Of a stretch of DNA of 64,000 bases, positions 1-41,846 are shown one piece after another. Source of the DNA: Chrysomallon squamiferum (taxonomy: Eukaryota; Animalia; Mollusca); contig CM022678.1 in assembly GCA_012295275.1 (NCBI GenBank), positions 6,076,001-6,140,000 on the forward strand. The letters are read 5' to 3'. The notes beneath the pieces are model-generated. The model was not told where the DNA came from, ran no database searches, and was given only the letters and a program-made list of their open reading frames with translations. Position numbers and translations under genes: made by a program. Positions within the stretch are counted from its first letter, which is position 1. Every line of letters begins with the position of its first letter.

Positions 1-10
1 ATTTCAAGTG

Positions 11-67
<57 letters not shown>

Positions 68-97
68 GTAAACTATTCTCGTATCTTCAGTAATTAG

Positions 98-128
<31 letters not shown>

Positions 129-353
129 GACATTTTGTTATCTTATCTAGGTTATAGAAAATCATGATCAAATAGTGCGTTATCAGCATTACTATTAAAG
201 TAGTAATAATAATAGTAAACATACAATAAGTAAATTAAAAGTCTTAATAAAGCAACAACCCTCAATCAAAATAATAAGTCTTTTTCATTCATTTTGATTT
301 TTGTTCATGGCATTTGGGCCTTTTCTTAATTTTTCATTTGAAAAAGTAAATAA

Positions 354-388
<35 letters not shown>

Positions 389-598
389 TTTCAATAACCA
401 TTTGAAAAATTACATGTTTGACGATGTTTAATAGGTCCAACAAAAGAAGATTTTTATGCTGTCATTTTATGTATAAAATCACTTGATGACTAGTAATGGG
501 ATAAAACGGAATCATTAATAATTTTAAAAAATTTATAATGTTTTTATTCTTCTTTATTTTTGTAATTTTTTTGTAAATATTTTTCTTAAAACTTTCAG

Positions 599-11346
<10,748 letters not shown>

Positions 11347-13859
11347 AAAAAAAAATATTAATAAAAATCTTTGTTTTGAGCGATATTGAGGTACGCGAAA
11401 GTTACCAGAATATTAAAGGAAAGGAAAAAAAAAAAAAAAAAAAAAATGTAATTTTGAACAATATTGAGGTACGCCAAAGTTACCAGAATATTAAAGGAAA
11501 GGAAAAATAAATCTTTGAGGAAGGGATAGGACAGTCCAGCAGAATTATAAAAATGAAAGGGCAAAAAAAAAAGTGATTGATAAAATGGAATAGATTATTC
11601 ATGTTTTGCCTCCCCCTCAAAAAAAAAATGAAAGGGAAAATGTCTTTGGTGAATGGATTGGCAGTTCTGAAGATTATAAAGAAATGAATTGAAAAATCTT
11701 TCATAAATGGATGGCAAAAAAAAAAAAAAAAAAGAAAAAAACAAAAAATGGAATGGAAAGAAAGTATTTGATAAAAAGGATTGGCTGTTCACAAAAATTA
11801 CCCCCACAAAAAAAATATGAAAGGAAATAATCTTATAAATGGATGGCAGCATTCTTGATTATATAAAAAAAAGACAAAAAAACAACTAAACAAAATGTAT
11901 TTTATAAATGGATTGGCAGGAATTTTTATTCGAGGATATATTATCACACATGGACAGAATTCTGGATTAAAAGAAAAAACGGTTATGAAAAACTGATCAC
12001 TGAAATACATTTATTTAAAGTTTTATGGCAGTGGATTTGAGATATGACTTATAAAAAAAAATGAGAAAAAGAAATATACTGCAGTTAGTTCAGTTGAAAA
12101 AAATTATATTCAGATCATGAATTGAATAAAGGAAAGAGGAAACAAAGATAGGAGAGGACAGTGTGATTGTTATATTTATTATTCAAGGATGTGTGATGTG
12201 AAATGATTTTTATTTTTTTTTCTGGACAGAGAGGATTAATGTAAAACAAGAAGAAATATGTCGAGATGAATGTTATATGTGCTTGTATGATGTATATTAA
12301 TAAAACTGCAGCTACAAGAAAGAAAACAGGATTAAAATGGAAAAAAGTGGTTGTTGTGCCTGTTGATTCTTGGAGAGAAAGAAGATGCAGAATGAACTTC
12401 AATGTTGTTATTGGAATATAGTCATGTTGATGGCTTGGGTACAGGAAAGTGAGTTTACGAAAGAAAGAAAAAAACATGCTTGTATTTTATAGCTCAAGAA
12501 CACAGAGTGAATTGCTGGATTCTGAAACTGCACTGATAAATGCAAATGAAATTGTGAAGAAATATCTAAACATGTCTATGTTTTTATCATCATCATGCTA
12601 GAAGGATGATTAAAATATATTAAAAAAACATTAAAATAAAACTAAAAGAAACAAGATCTCAACATGGATTGTTTTATGAACACACAATGAACAGAAAAAA
12701 TATCAATAAATTACAAACCTGTAAATCATAAATTCGTTATGCTGCAAGTCCTCCTTGAATAATAATAAAAAAACAAACATTTTATATATAATTTCATGAT
12801 GTGTATTCTTTATTAACTAACTTCAAGAAAAGAAAAAAAAAAAAAAAGAAAAAGAAGAAATTCTTTATCTTGTTAAGAATTCAGATAATGCAAAATGGTA
12901 TGTAAAGGATTATTAATTTGACTTGCGTACATCCTGTAATTTCCTGTGAAAGAATCTTTTTGAGAAGGGTTTGATGGTACCTGATCAGCAACGTGAGCAC
13001 AATAATAGAACAAATGACAGTAATTTGAAAATAAAGGTAGAACAGAAAAGCAATAAAATGAAGGAAGGAACAGAAGAATTAAAGCTATGGATAAAGGAAT
13101 ATCAAAGAATGCAATAAGAAAAATAATAATGGAAAAAAGAAAAAGTACAAAAAAAAACAAAAAAACACATGAAGGAATAAAATAAATAAGGAATAGAAAG
13201 GAAGGCAGGAATAAGCTATAAAAGGCACAGGAATAAAACAAAAGTAAAAATAAAAGCAATAAAAAGAAAGACAAATGACTAGTCAAAAGAATAACAGTTA
13301 TCAGCAATTTGTAAAAGAAAAAAAAAAAAGAAAACAATTAAAAAATTAAAAACAAAAACACAACAAACAAATCAACCTTTGACCAATGCTGGATCTTTCA
13401 TCATATATCACTGTTTGGTTAAATTGTTTTTAACAAAACAGTGTATTTATCATTAAAAATGTATTTATGAATGCATGTTATGTATAAATATAAATATATA
13501 TTATGTTCATGTTGTAAATATGTATGTCTGTGCCCATTATATATATATATATATTTAGTTTAGAAGCAACCAAAATGCAAAATAAATTATAATGTTTATG
13601 GATTCATAAATGTGTAAAAACAATAAACAAAACAACAAAAAAACGACCATGAAAGTGTGTGGTTTTCTTATGTGATGGAGTATATAACCCATTAAGATAT
13701 TTGATTTTGGGAAATGTAATGTTTGAAAAGTGCTTATTAGGTTAATATAGTTTAAAGCAATCAAGAGGAAATGCTGATCCAAGCAAAACTAAATATTTTG
13801 AAATATACGAAAATAAGAAAATTACTTCACTATCTGCAAAAGAGAAAATCTCAAAAACA

Positions 13860-14330
13860 AAAACTAGGAAAATGATTATCCTTTATATAAAGAAACGTCT
13901 CATAAAAAAACAGAGAAATAACGGAACCATTTATAGAAAGGACATCTCAGAAACAACCTGTAAATAACAACCTTCTAAATAAAGGGCATTTCAGAAAGAA
14001 CCTTGAAACAACATAACCTTTTATATAAAGGACTTCTCAGAAAAATAACCTGGAAATAACCATAGCCTTTTTTTTATATAAAAGACTTCGGAAGAATAAC
14101 CATGGAAATAACATAACCCGTTATATACAAAGAATAGCTGATAAAAAGCACCAGGAAAAAAAAATGTTATGGCTGTCTCAGAAAGACATCTTAAAAGACA
14201 ATGACTGAAAATTTATTAGCCTCATCCATAAAGGGAAATTTCAAAAAAAAAAAAAAAATTGCTGGGAAAGATATTGACCTTTATATTTGTTTTTTAATCT
14301 GGAAATGACCAGCCTTTGTATAAAGACATC
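13860..14330. repeat. Degenerate ~40-45 bp minisatellite downstream of the PI4KB stop
   Basis: Recurring ctcagaaa..aacctggaaataac..aaccttt.tatataaag. Confidence 0.55.
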
Positions 14331-15034
14331 TGAAAACACATTATCCTTTGTATATTAAGAATACTGTGCTGCAAGTGTTATGTGTTTTGGTCAGCGTTTC
14401 TAATCTGTTACACAATTATTGGGAGATAATGTTAAATACATTATATAGCCACTGGAAAGAAAATATAAAAAAAAAAAAAAAAAGAACAAAATACAACCTT
14501 AAAACAGTTCTGAATAGCGGGCATTATCATTTGAAGAGTGTATTTTAGAAAATTGTGTGTTTTTTGTATATACAAACATGACAGTTTGAGAGAAAAAAAA
14601 AAAAAAAGATTAATTCTGAATAATGCATTTTCACGTTGAGGAATGTGTATAAAGATACAACACTATGTGGAAATGACATTTTTTTTTTTTTTTAAAGATA
14701 TTTTAAAATAATAATAATAATAATAATAATGAAAGAAACATTCTGGAGATTGTAAAATCATTAAAAAAAAAACAACAACTGCTCAATCTTCTCACTTGCC
14801 CCTGTTCAAATGGCCTGCTACTTAAATATCAAATGGAATGAAAACAATATTATTATTATTTTTTTTTTTTTTTATTTCAGTTATTTGAATATTTAGTCAG
14901 TGGCAGCAGTGAATTTTAAAAGAAAAAAAAAAAATTCATTTCAAACTTTGGTTACGATTTTATTCTCAATACGGACATGTTTTTCTTTTTATTAAAAGTT
15001 GTAAACACTACAGTTGTATGTATGTATATGGGTA

Positions 15035-15076
<42 letters not shown>

Positions 15077-15862
15077 TGTTGTTGTTTATCTCACATGTAA
15101 TATACATACATATATTTATATACGACTATAATTATGTTTTAGGTTTAATGCGTATATTTTTATTATGCAACATTCACACATTCACATGTCTATGTACATA
15201 CAGAGAGATTATCATGCATATTCACAGGAATACAAACACAAGTGGCCAGATTTATACAGGACACACAAACACACCAGTTAAGTGTATTTTTTAATATGTT
15301 ATATAAATGTAATGAATTATTCATGTGTAAAATTTAAATTTGTGGCCACTGAACCATGACATTTACAGAATAAAAGAAAAAGAAAAAAAAAAGAGATATT
15401 TTTAAAAATCTGCAATTTTTTTTTACATTATTGAAAAAGAGCCTTATCTAGTAGAACAATTTTAGGAGTATGTGTAAAAATACCTGTTATCTGTGAAAGT
15501 ATTTTAACTCTTAGTTTTATTGCAAGGTTTAATTACTTTCTTTTTTTGTTTTTTTTTAAATGATAAATACATTCAACAGTTATCATACATATTTGCCATA
15601 TCTTTGTATGAAAAAAAAAAAAAAAAAAAAAAAAATCAACTGTTATAAATACACACCTACAAACAAAAGTCTAAAAGTGAAAATGTCTTCTAAATGGTTA
15701 CAAAAATAAATGAACGTTTTGTGTTTGTACAGACACTGCTGTCTGTTGTCTTTGTATATATTTATATTGTGAATGTTGCTTCTCCATCAGCCATACAGGG
15801 TTTAATTGTTGTACGAATAATAATACATTTGCTGATGATGTTGTTTCTTTTTTATTTATATG

Positions 15863-15930
<68 letters not shown>

Positions 15931-17023
15931 CACACACAGCACACACACACACACACACACATACATACGCATACACACGCATATATATGCATGTTGATTG
16001 ATAGAATAACAGATACAGAAACATACAACGTGAGGCTGTAATAAAATAAACAAAAATGTCAGCCATCATTATCTGACCAAATATACTATTTTATTGTTAG
16101 CAAAGATTGGTTGCTATAAACAAATTATGACATTGTCATAAGCTGGTGTATAAAAATATAACAGAAAGAATCAATTTATACAAAAATAACACTGACATGT
16201 CCTTGTCTTCTACTAGTGACTTCAGCCAATATTCAAATACTTGTTTATGAAAGTTGCGGTATGTGCTGTGCTGTGCTGTGCTGTGCTGTAAATGGGAAGG
16301 TATTTATTATAGATAGATGGAGATATTGATCCCTATAGCAAAACAGGAGTCTTGAGACAGGGTCTGGAATGGGAAATAATCCTAGTAACAAATAGTAAAG
16401 TATTCGCATACAAAATCACAACAACCAAAAAAAAAAAAAAATAATAAGTAAATAAATAAAATAAAATAAATAATAATAAAACAGAAAAAATTACTGATGC
16501 GGTTCACACAAATTAGCAAATGATGGTACCCGTTCATGACCGAATCCTACACTATGAAGAACTTTCTTTGAATGGATTCTGATCGAGTGAAATCACTTGC
16601 TTTCACAAGAGATGAGCGAGTTGGTTAAAAACAGAAGACGAATGATGACGCCATCTTGGTTATCGAGACCCCAATTCAACAAGATAAAGCTTTCCGAACA
16701 GTATGATATTTATTTCTTTTTTAAATGAAATAAATCTCTGTGAGGTTTCGTTTGCCGATTTTTGAAATGGATAACATTTTTTGTTTGTTTGTTTTTGTTT
16801 TTTTTACTGGTTTCTTGAGAATTCGTATTTGTTAGTAAAATATTTTACAGAATCGATGTTAATTAATTAATTACGAAAATAGGAAATCAAAGATCATAAT
16901 AATAAAAAATAAAAAAAGTCAGTGATTGTTGATGCTTACCAGGCAGCTGAATAACTTTGCTTCACCATAGAAAACAACGAAACAAACAACAAAAACAGCA
17001 AAATAAAATATATATATATATAT

Positions 17024-17070
<47 letters not shown>

Positions 17071-17458
17071 GATAAATAAAGTAATCATAATAAGATTATC
17101 ATCGTCATCATTATCATCGCAGATATTTTATATCGCATAATAACAATTTAACGCGATCTGAATCTGATTTCGATATCTATTAGGATCAAAATCAGACGTG
17201 ATACGGCCCTTTTTGTTTTTAGAAAAACCTTATTTAACAAGTGCTAAGAAGGAGAAACGTTACATTATAAACGAAGTACAGTTTACAGCGATTCCTTAGG
17301 ACTACAGAGTGTCGACAAGTGTTCCTTTTTCATCACAATAACTTAGCAGTTTCCAGATATAATAAAAAAAAAAAAAAAAAAAAAAAACCGACAATGTAAG
17401 AAAGGTTTCACGACGATTTTTTTTTTTTTTTTTTTTTATAAAATAACTATTAATGACG

Positions 17459-18538
17459 TCACGTTCTAGCCTCGACCACAGACGTCCTCGTTTCCGAAAC
17501 GGGAATTCTGACAGTCACGCCCACTCGATTGTCGGGGGCTGCCGGTTCGACCTTATTGCACCGACAAGTGTTTCTGATCTTTCGAAGCTCCATTCTGAAA
17601 TTCTGATTGAAGTAAGCGTACACGACGGGGTTCACGACGGAATTGGCCGTCGCCAGAACGGTGAAGAGAAAGCGCAGCACGACGTACGTGAGCGTTTTCG
17701 TCAAGGCGCCGTCGTCGTCGTCGTTGTTGTCTTTGTCTCCGTCTTCGTCGTCGTTGACGCCGGACACGGTTTCCAAGCTGTCGTAAATGATGTCGATGAG
17801 GTAGAAAGGAAGCCAGCTGAAGAAGAACAGGACGACGTTGGTGACGAGAAACTTGACGATTCTTCGCTTGCTCCTCACCGCGGTGGTTATGGCCAGGGAC
17901 TTCACCCACAGCCGCCTCGCTATCTGGGTGTACATGACGCTCATCGCGACGATGGGGAGGACGAAGAGGACGACGAAGTCGGCGATGCGGTAGTACAGAT
18001 CGCGGTCGTCTTCTTCCAGCAGGAGGTTGCAGAATCGCGGCTTGTCGTCCTTTGACGTCACCACCTGAATGTGCTCCGCGTCGAGAACGCTGAGGAACAT
18101 TTTCGCCGAGTACACGAACGAGGCAAACCACACCCCGACGACGATCCGACCTCCGGTCTTCAGCGCCCACGCTCTTCTCGTTGCCAAGACGACGGCCTTG
18201 TAGCGGTCGAAGGTCACGGCGAGCAAGGAGTAAACACTGGCTGTTATGGCAACGCTCTCGAAGTACACCGGCAGAAGGCAGGACGTTTTGGTGTACGGCA
18301 TCAGTCCGTTGAGCTGAACTATCGTCAACGTCAGAGCGACCAGACCAATCAGAAGATCGCTCACGGAAAGCGACATGATGAAGATGTTGGGTACCGTGTG
18401 CATGTCCCTCCGCAGCGCCACTATCAGAATGACGGTCATGTTTCCGACGAAGTTCAGAACGAGGATGACGGCGAAAATGGTTGACGTCAACCACGTCGGC
18501 ACCATTAGCGAAGGCGAAACTTCTGACGTCATTTCCAT
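17459..18538 (-). CDS. Class A (rhodopsin-like) GPCR, neuropeptide-receptor-like; single coding exon, 359 aa
   Basis: Seven hydrophobic segments with GN (TM1), SLSVSDLL (TM2), TM3 Cys and DRY, TM4 Trp, ECL2 Cys, TM5 P..Y, FFFSWLPF (TM6), NPVVY plus helix-8 NFR. An acceptor (ttag) lies 16 nt upstream of the ATG. Confidence 0.95.
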   Translation of the reverse strand: MEMTSEVSPSLMVPTWLTSTIFAVILVLNFVGNMTVILIVALRRDMHTVPNIFIMSLSVSDLLIGLVALTLTIVQLNGLMPYTKTSCLLPVYFESVAITASVYSLLAVTFDRYKAVVLATRRAWALKTGGRIVVGVWFASFVYSAKMFLSVLDAEHIQVVTSKDDKPRFCNLLLEEDDRDLYYRIADFVVLFVLPIVAMSVMYTQIARRLWVKSLAITTAVRSKRRIVKFLVTNVVLFFFSWLPFYLIDIIYDSLETVSGVNDDEDGDKDNNDDDDGALTKTLTYVVLRFLFTVLATANSVVNPVVYAYFNQNFRMELRKIRNTCRCNKVEPAAPDNRVGVTVRIPVSETRTSVVEART

Positions 18539-18669
18539 CCTTTGTGTTGTTCCACTAATAAATAAATAAATAAATAAATAAAATAACTTTTTACGATGAT
18601 GTTATTATTTTACGTGTGACAATAGCATTTTCATACCTGCCATGACTACACTCCTATATAACCATAAAA

Positions 18670-18768
<99 letters not shown>

Positions 18769-18904
18769 CATGCAAACTGATCCAAGTTATTCGAAGATCA
18801 GTTTTTATAATACGTAAGAAAGATAGGGAAAACATTTAATACACGTAAATATCCTCAGTGATTTGGCTTCGAAAATGTTTTAGACAGACATGAATGAATG
18901 GATA

Positions 18905-19330
<426 letters not shown>

Positions 19331-19422
19331 GACTAGAGAGATGGAGAGACAGACAAACACATCAACGTTTTGATAAAATATTAAAATACTGCTACTGCTG
19401 CTATTACTATTACTACTACAGC

Positions 19423-19466
<44 letters not shown>

Positions 19467-19717
19467 GCAACGGCAACAGCAAACTCATCAGCAACAACAT
19501 CAGTAACAGCAATATCAAAATCAACATCGTCGTCAACAACAACAACAACAGTAATATTAACATCAACATCGAGATCAATAACAACAACAGTAACAACAAC
19601 AACAACAACAACAATAACAATAATAATAATAATAACAATAACATAAACTACATCAACAACAACAGTAATAATAATCATAGCAATATTAACATCATCATCA
19701 ATAACAAATACAACAAC

Positions 19718-19774
<57 letters not shown>

Positions 19775-21043
19775 CAACAACATCAGCAACAACAACAACA
19801 ACAACAGTAAACCAACTAACCAACCAGCAATAACTTCTACCACCACCACCACCACCACCACCACCACCACTACTACTACTACTACTACAATAAAAACAGT
19901 CATTTTTTTTTTTTTTTTTGTATACTAAGCTGCCAAGCAAATATTTCACGTCGTTACGGACTTAGCAACTTGAAACAACTCTACGTATTTGCTACTACAA
20001 AATAGCAACTTAACACGACAGCTTACACTCACGGTAATTTGGAAAATATATTATTCTAATTACTACGATGTCAATGTCGGATGTTTGCAGCTGGTTTTTT
20101 TTTTAGAGGTATCAGTGGTAATGTCCAGCGATTTGTTACCTTGGAAACCGCGCTAGGTTTGTGTGTGTGTATTAACTGTACGATGATAGTAAAAGTACTG
20201 GGAAGGTGAAGATAGGATTTCTGTACATCTTTGTAATGTTGATATCAGTGTAGATGTAGAAAAGATGGAGATATTTTTTTTCTCTATCTTCATCTTTATT
20301 TTTTTCTCTGATAATTATAATAGAAATGCAAAGACAAAAAAAAAAAAATAGATGGAAACTAATTTAAAGTCAGTTCTTAATAATAATAGTAATAGTAATT
20401 ATTATTATTATTGTTGTTGTTGTTGTTGTTATTAACAACAACACCAATAAATTAACAAACACATAAATAAATAAATATTCTCAATAAAACGATTATGATA
20501 TCGATATGTTTTTACATTTTGTTTATTATTATTATTATTATTATTATATTTTTATTATTATTATATTTTTGTTGTTGTTGTTATTGAAAGCCTGAAATTG
20601 GCGATACCCAATGAAGTGTCATTGTTTCAAACAACGTCAATTTTCGTATGTTTTCGGTTTTATACGGTATCAATAATACGTCAATAATTGTATGACGTCA
20701 TATTGCAACGAGACATCCACAGCAACTGTATATGTTAAAACAATACCATCAGTTTTTTCGGCTTTTATAGGACAAGAACAAAAAAATTCTTTACGGTAAA
20801 TATTTATTAAACAAATAGTCTTTAACTATTTTTCAAAGTATAAACTGAATTAGTGACAGATCATCGGTTGATATGAACGCTTTGAAATATTTTAATCATT
20901 TTGCAGAATTCTTTTTTTGTTGTTTTTCTTTCTATTTTTTATTTATTTATTTTTTTATTTTTTTTTTTTTCAAATGACGGTTAAAGAAATTAGTACGACG
21001 ACAACAATATAGTTACAATGTAAACGACAGTGACGTTAATTAA

Positions 21044-21128
<85 letters not shown>

Positions 21129-21493
21129 GCTGTTGTTCTTGTTTGTTTTTTTTGTTTCTTGGGGGTTTTTGGTTTTATGTTTTATTTTTTTTATTTTTTT
21201 TTTTTTTTTTTTTGTCTTCTGTTACATTATTACAGTTGTTGTTACTATTATGATTATTATTATTCTTGTTACAGTTGCTACTGTTTAGAGAGAGATATAT
21301 ACATAGACAGAGAGAGAGAGATACACAGAGAGAGAGACAGACAGAGAGAGACATAGAGAGAGACATAGAGAGAGAGAGACAGAGACATAGAGAGAGACAG
21401 AGTATTATTTTTAGTGTTAATATCGCAATATATTGTGCTGATTTCCATTATTACGACTACCGTAACACCAACAGCTGCGGCTAATTATTAAAG

Positions 21494-21530
<37 letters not shown>

Positions 21531-21532
21531 CA

Positions 21533-21591
<59 letters not shown>

Positions 21592-21689
21592 GTTATTGTT
21601 GTTGTTGTTGTTGTTATAGGCATTAAAAAACAGAAGTGTAGTGCAAACAGAGGAAAGAGAGAAGGAAGGAATGGATGGGTATGTGCGAG

Positions 21690-22067
<378 letters not shown>

Positions 22068-22785
22068 TTCAACTTAGCAAACACAGTCATATTGAATAAC
22101 AATAATAACAGTAGCGACAACGTACATATCTTGTTTCTGGTATGAATACTAACAATCAAACTGACGAACTGTATTTTCTGCTTTCGCGTGAATATTTCTT
22201 TTTTTAATGTATATTATTCGCTTTGTTCGTAAAAGTCCGTAAAAGTCTATTTCCGTACTGACCCGAGTACGCCTTTTCACTTAATAAACTTCTTTCTTTT
22301 TTTTCTAATCGTAAACGTTTTACTGAATACCTTTGTACTGCTTTTGTTTTGTGTTTTGTGTTTTCATTATTTATTTATTTATTTATTCTATTTATTTATT
22401 TACTTATTTATTTATTGACTTTGCTGTCCGTTGCAACTGGAAACTGTTTCACTGGCTAAACCTCTATTTATTTATTTTTTTTGTTTTTATTTTTTTTTTT
22501 TATTACGACAGCACTAAGTTTTGTTGTTAATTTGTCGGTTAATAATTAATAATACTATTCAGCGAGGTTTCGTGCAACTTAAGGCGATGTTTTGAATCCC
22601 AGTTAATAACGAATGCTAAGTAATTCAGAGATCTTTTTGTGTAATTTGAGGCGCTCAGTTAAAACCGTCACGTGAACTGTTTTCATATATTTGTTGACAT
22701 CACGGACGTAGGCGAAAGAGAATAACGTTCAGCATCTGATTTTAATGTTTATACATTGGTATTAATGTTCTTGTTTCTGTATCTC

Positions 22786-22816
<31 letters not shown>

Positions 22817-23972
22817 AAATACATGTCTTTATTATAAGTTTAGATTTACGTGTGTACTTCTGTGTACTTCTGTGTGTGTTAATAGATGGGGTGTTTTTCA
22901 TACGTGGACACACACACATAACAGTTTATATGTCTACCCGTTTCTGAAAACATCACCCAAGATAAATAAAAAAATAAATTAAATAATAATAATAATAATA
23001 ACTTAAATAAATAAAGTAAAAAAAAAATAATAAAATAAAAATAAAATAAATAAATAAATTAATTAATTAAAAAATAAAATAAAAAAACATAAATAATTAA
23101 AAATTAAAAAATAAAATAAAAATAACATAAAAAATAAATAAAAAATAAAAAATAAATTAAATAAATAAATAAATTAATTAATTAATAAATTAAAAAAAAA
23201 AATAAAATAAAATATAAAAAAAAAAAAAAAAAAATAACATTAAAAAAAAAAAAAAAAAATAATACAATGAAAATAAAACAAATAAATAAAATGAACTAAA
23301 CTATAAAATAAAATTATAATAAAACAATACAATAAAAATAAAAAAAATAATAATAAAATAAAAATAACAATAACAATAATAAAAAAAAAGAGAGAGAAAA
23401 TATAGAGAAACAAAACTAAACCATAATATTAAACAAATTAAAAACCTTTTTCCTTTCATTTACACCATTATCACCATCAACGACAGTACGTCATTTAGCT
23501 TTTTCCGCACATCATCCAAAACATACATTTTAATAAATCTACAGACAAAGTGCAAAAGCGACACTGTGTTCAGTAAACGAAAGATTTTCTTTCCAATGAC
23601 TGGCTTATTACCACTATCTACATTTTTGCAAAACAGTATTTAAAAGAATAATCTCCGATATTTTCCTTTCATCATTATGACAGATGAAAATTTGCGCTGA
23701 TTTTATTAATGAACGTAAGTATACGTACTTCTGAAAAATTATTAGAAATCTGATTCTTCTTTGTCTCCGATATTTTTCATCTTTTTTTTTTTTCTTTCTT
23801 TTTTTTTTTTCTTTTTGAAACGTAAATAAAAGATCAAGGTGTATTATTAGTATTATTGATTTGTCATCAATTTTAAATATATTTTCTATTTGTTATTACG
23901 ATCTGTCACTTTTGACAAATGAACTGTTGTGATTAATATCAGACAGAATGCGTCTAATTTATTCTCTCTCTC

Positions 23973-24011
<39 letters not shown>

Positions 24012-24142
24012 TTTTTATTCTTTTTTATTTTGATAACCATTATCGTTAAGACTGTAATGGAAATCTTTGATATTCACCGCAATGCCCATTATGATTATTA
24101 CTTTGAAAGGTTACGAAAAGTGTAAAACAAATAGTGTAGGTG

Positions 24143-24173
<31 letters not shown>

Positions 24174-24303
24174 TTGTAGATGATGTAATTAGTTTTATAT
24201 ATTGTGCGTGTGTGCGTGTACGTATTCATTAGTCAGGGTATAGCTGTGTGCCTCTGTGTGTTATCATATTCCTGGGTGTGTATACATATAGTATAAGTAA
24301 TCC

Positions 24304-24344
<41 letters not shown>

Positions 24345-24354
24345 TATGTGTTGT

Positions 24355-24426
<72 letters not shown>

Positions 24427-24736
24427 ACACAAAGAGAGATATATATAGAGAGAGAGACAGACAGACAGAGAGAGACAAAAAGAGACAGACAGACAGACAG
24501 AGAGAGACACAAAAAGAGAGATACATATACAAAGAGAGACAGAGAGATAGAGATAGAGACAAAAACAGGTATATATATAGAGAGAGACAGACAGAGAGAG
24601 AGAAAGAGAGAGAGACATAGACAGAGAGAAACAGAGAGAAACAGAGAGAGAGACAGAAAGAGAGACAGAGAGAGAGAGAGAAAAACAGATATATATAGAG
24701 AGAGAAAGAGAGAGACACAGAGAGACACAGACAGAC

Positions 24737-24798
<62 letters not shown>

Positions 24799-25558
24799 CC
24801 ATATAAACGCAAACGGAATAAAGTTAAATGTATCCGCGAATGAACTAACTAATAAACATTCATTCATCTCTCTGATCATCCAAAACCAGGCTTTAGCCAG
24901 TATTCAGTTCACTTTCAAACCAAATCAGCTCCTGCCAAAAATATGTAAAGAAACACCTTTTTTTTTTATTTTTTTTTGTAAGAAAATATTTATTAAAATA
25001 AGTTAAAATACATAAAATGTATACATATAATATTTCTTAAAATAAAAATAAATTTAGCTTTAAAATACTCATTCATGCATGTCCATATAATCTAATCACG
25101 TGTTTTATTCAAACCCGTTCAATGAAATCCATGTTTCAATCAACTTTCTTTCGTTTAAAATAATTCATCAACTTCCATGTATAAACTAATATCCGCATGT
25201 CTTCATTTCTTTTTTTCTTTTTTTTTTTTTCTTGTTGCAATGTAGTTGTTAACATCTTTGCTTCTTTCGCATTTTCATTCAGAATTATTAACTAACACCC
25301 CGACATATTAAATTTGTTTACTAATATCACTTGACCTGACTTTTTGCATTCAAATGTGTTTGCCGGGATCCCCATATTAGTATAGTCGACATTGTAATTT
25401 TATTCGAGTTCGACCATACACATAGTGATCATTACGTTCTAATGTCGACTCGTTTTTCATAGTATTATGGTCATCTCTGTTGTTTGTCTATTTCTTTTCT
25501 TTTCTTTTTCTCTCTTTCACGCTTCTTCTTCTTCTTCTGATTATTATTATTATTACTA

Positions 25559-25589
<31 letters not shown>

Positions 25590-26169
25590 AGCATCTACAT
25601 TTGTTACTGATTACGTAACGTGGACATTTTCAATTAGCCAAATGACCTTGTGTTCATACATCACGGACTGATTTACGCTAGTCGTTGCATTTTTTATTTA
25701 CGTTTAACGTATTTTTACGTTCCGTCGGCAGTTTGTTCCTGCACGTTTCTCTCTCTCTCTCTCTCTCCACTGTTTTAATGTCAGCTCATTTCTCACAGAC
25801 CTTTGATCTCGTTTATTGTTCAGGTCTTTATTTTAAGTAACATCCATTATGTTTCCATTAGTTATAGATGGTCTTTTCTTTTATTCTTATTATTTACATT
25901 TGAATGCCGATACGTTCATGTTTGCCATGCGTAATTATCTTCTGTTTTTTTTTTTTGTTTTTTTTGTTTTCCATCGTCCAAGCTGTTCGTAATTAAGTTA
26001 CGTCAGTCTCTTTTTACGATTTCTTTCTTTCAATGTCACGTGTTCGTGTAATTACGTTTTTTAAAAAACTGTTTATGTTACATCTATTCCTGCATATTTT
26101 GAGGTTTTTTTTTCGTAAATAAATAAATAAATAAAATATTATACAGATTATCGCTACATCAGATTAATA

Positions 26170-26226
<57 letters not shown>

Positions 26227-26320
26227 AATAAATAAACCATCTCTTTATCACAATCTTCCATTTTCTCCGTAATTTACGTTTCAATCCCTTTAAATATTAA
26301 ATAATTTTCCTTGAAAGATT

Positions 26321-26385
<65 letters not shown>

Positions 26386-26407
26386 TTTTATCTTCATTCA
26401 ACTATTT

Positions 26408-41145
<14,738 letters not shown>

Positions 41146-41444
41146 CTTCTCAAATAAATAAATAAATAAATAAATAGCGTCAACAGTTTGGTGTTGTGAT
41201 TTAGAAAGGTTCACCTGCGCGGGATACGAGCTCTGCTTGAATGAGCCCGCGGTATCCGGGGGTCGAAGGTCAAGCTCAGGTGTAATTTTATTCTCTTTTT
41301 TTTTTTTTTTTGTAGTTGCGTGAATGAGTCGTAAGCTTTCTATACAAATAAGAAGATCGGTTCGTGTCTGAGTGTACTGGACTGCGCGTGCGCGCACATA
41401 TTCGTGTATGTGTGTGTGTGTGTGCGTCCGTGTGTCAGTCTGCT

Positions 41445-41479
<35 letters not shown>

Positions 41480-41623
41480 ATGTGTATATATATATACGTA
41501 AATTATTACTATTTACACAAATTATTCTGTATATATTTCATGTATTTATATTTTGTATGTATGTTATATATATATATATATTAAGCGTATGTATTTTTTT
41601 GCAAGTGTTATATGTAGGTACAT

Positions 41624-41753
<130 letters not shown>

Positions 41754-41813
41754 TAGATAGATATAGATAGATAGATAGAGAATTAGATAGATAAATAGAC
41801 ATACACACACACA

Positions 41814-41846
<33 letters not shown>

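Noticed and set aside
17453-18494. Long overlapping ORFs (200 aa +, 313 aa -, 137 aa +) on the GPCR
   Set aside because: Shadow frames of a GC3-rich exon with no recognisable motifs.
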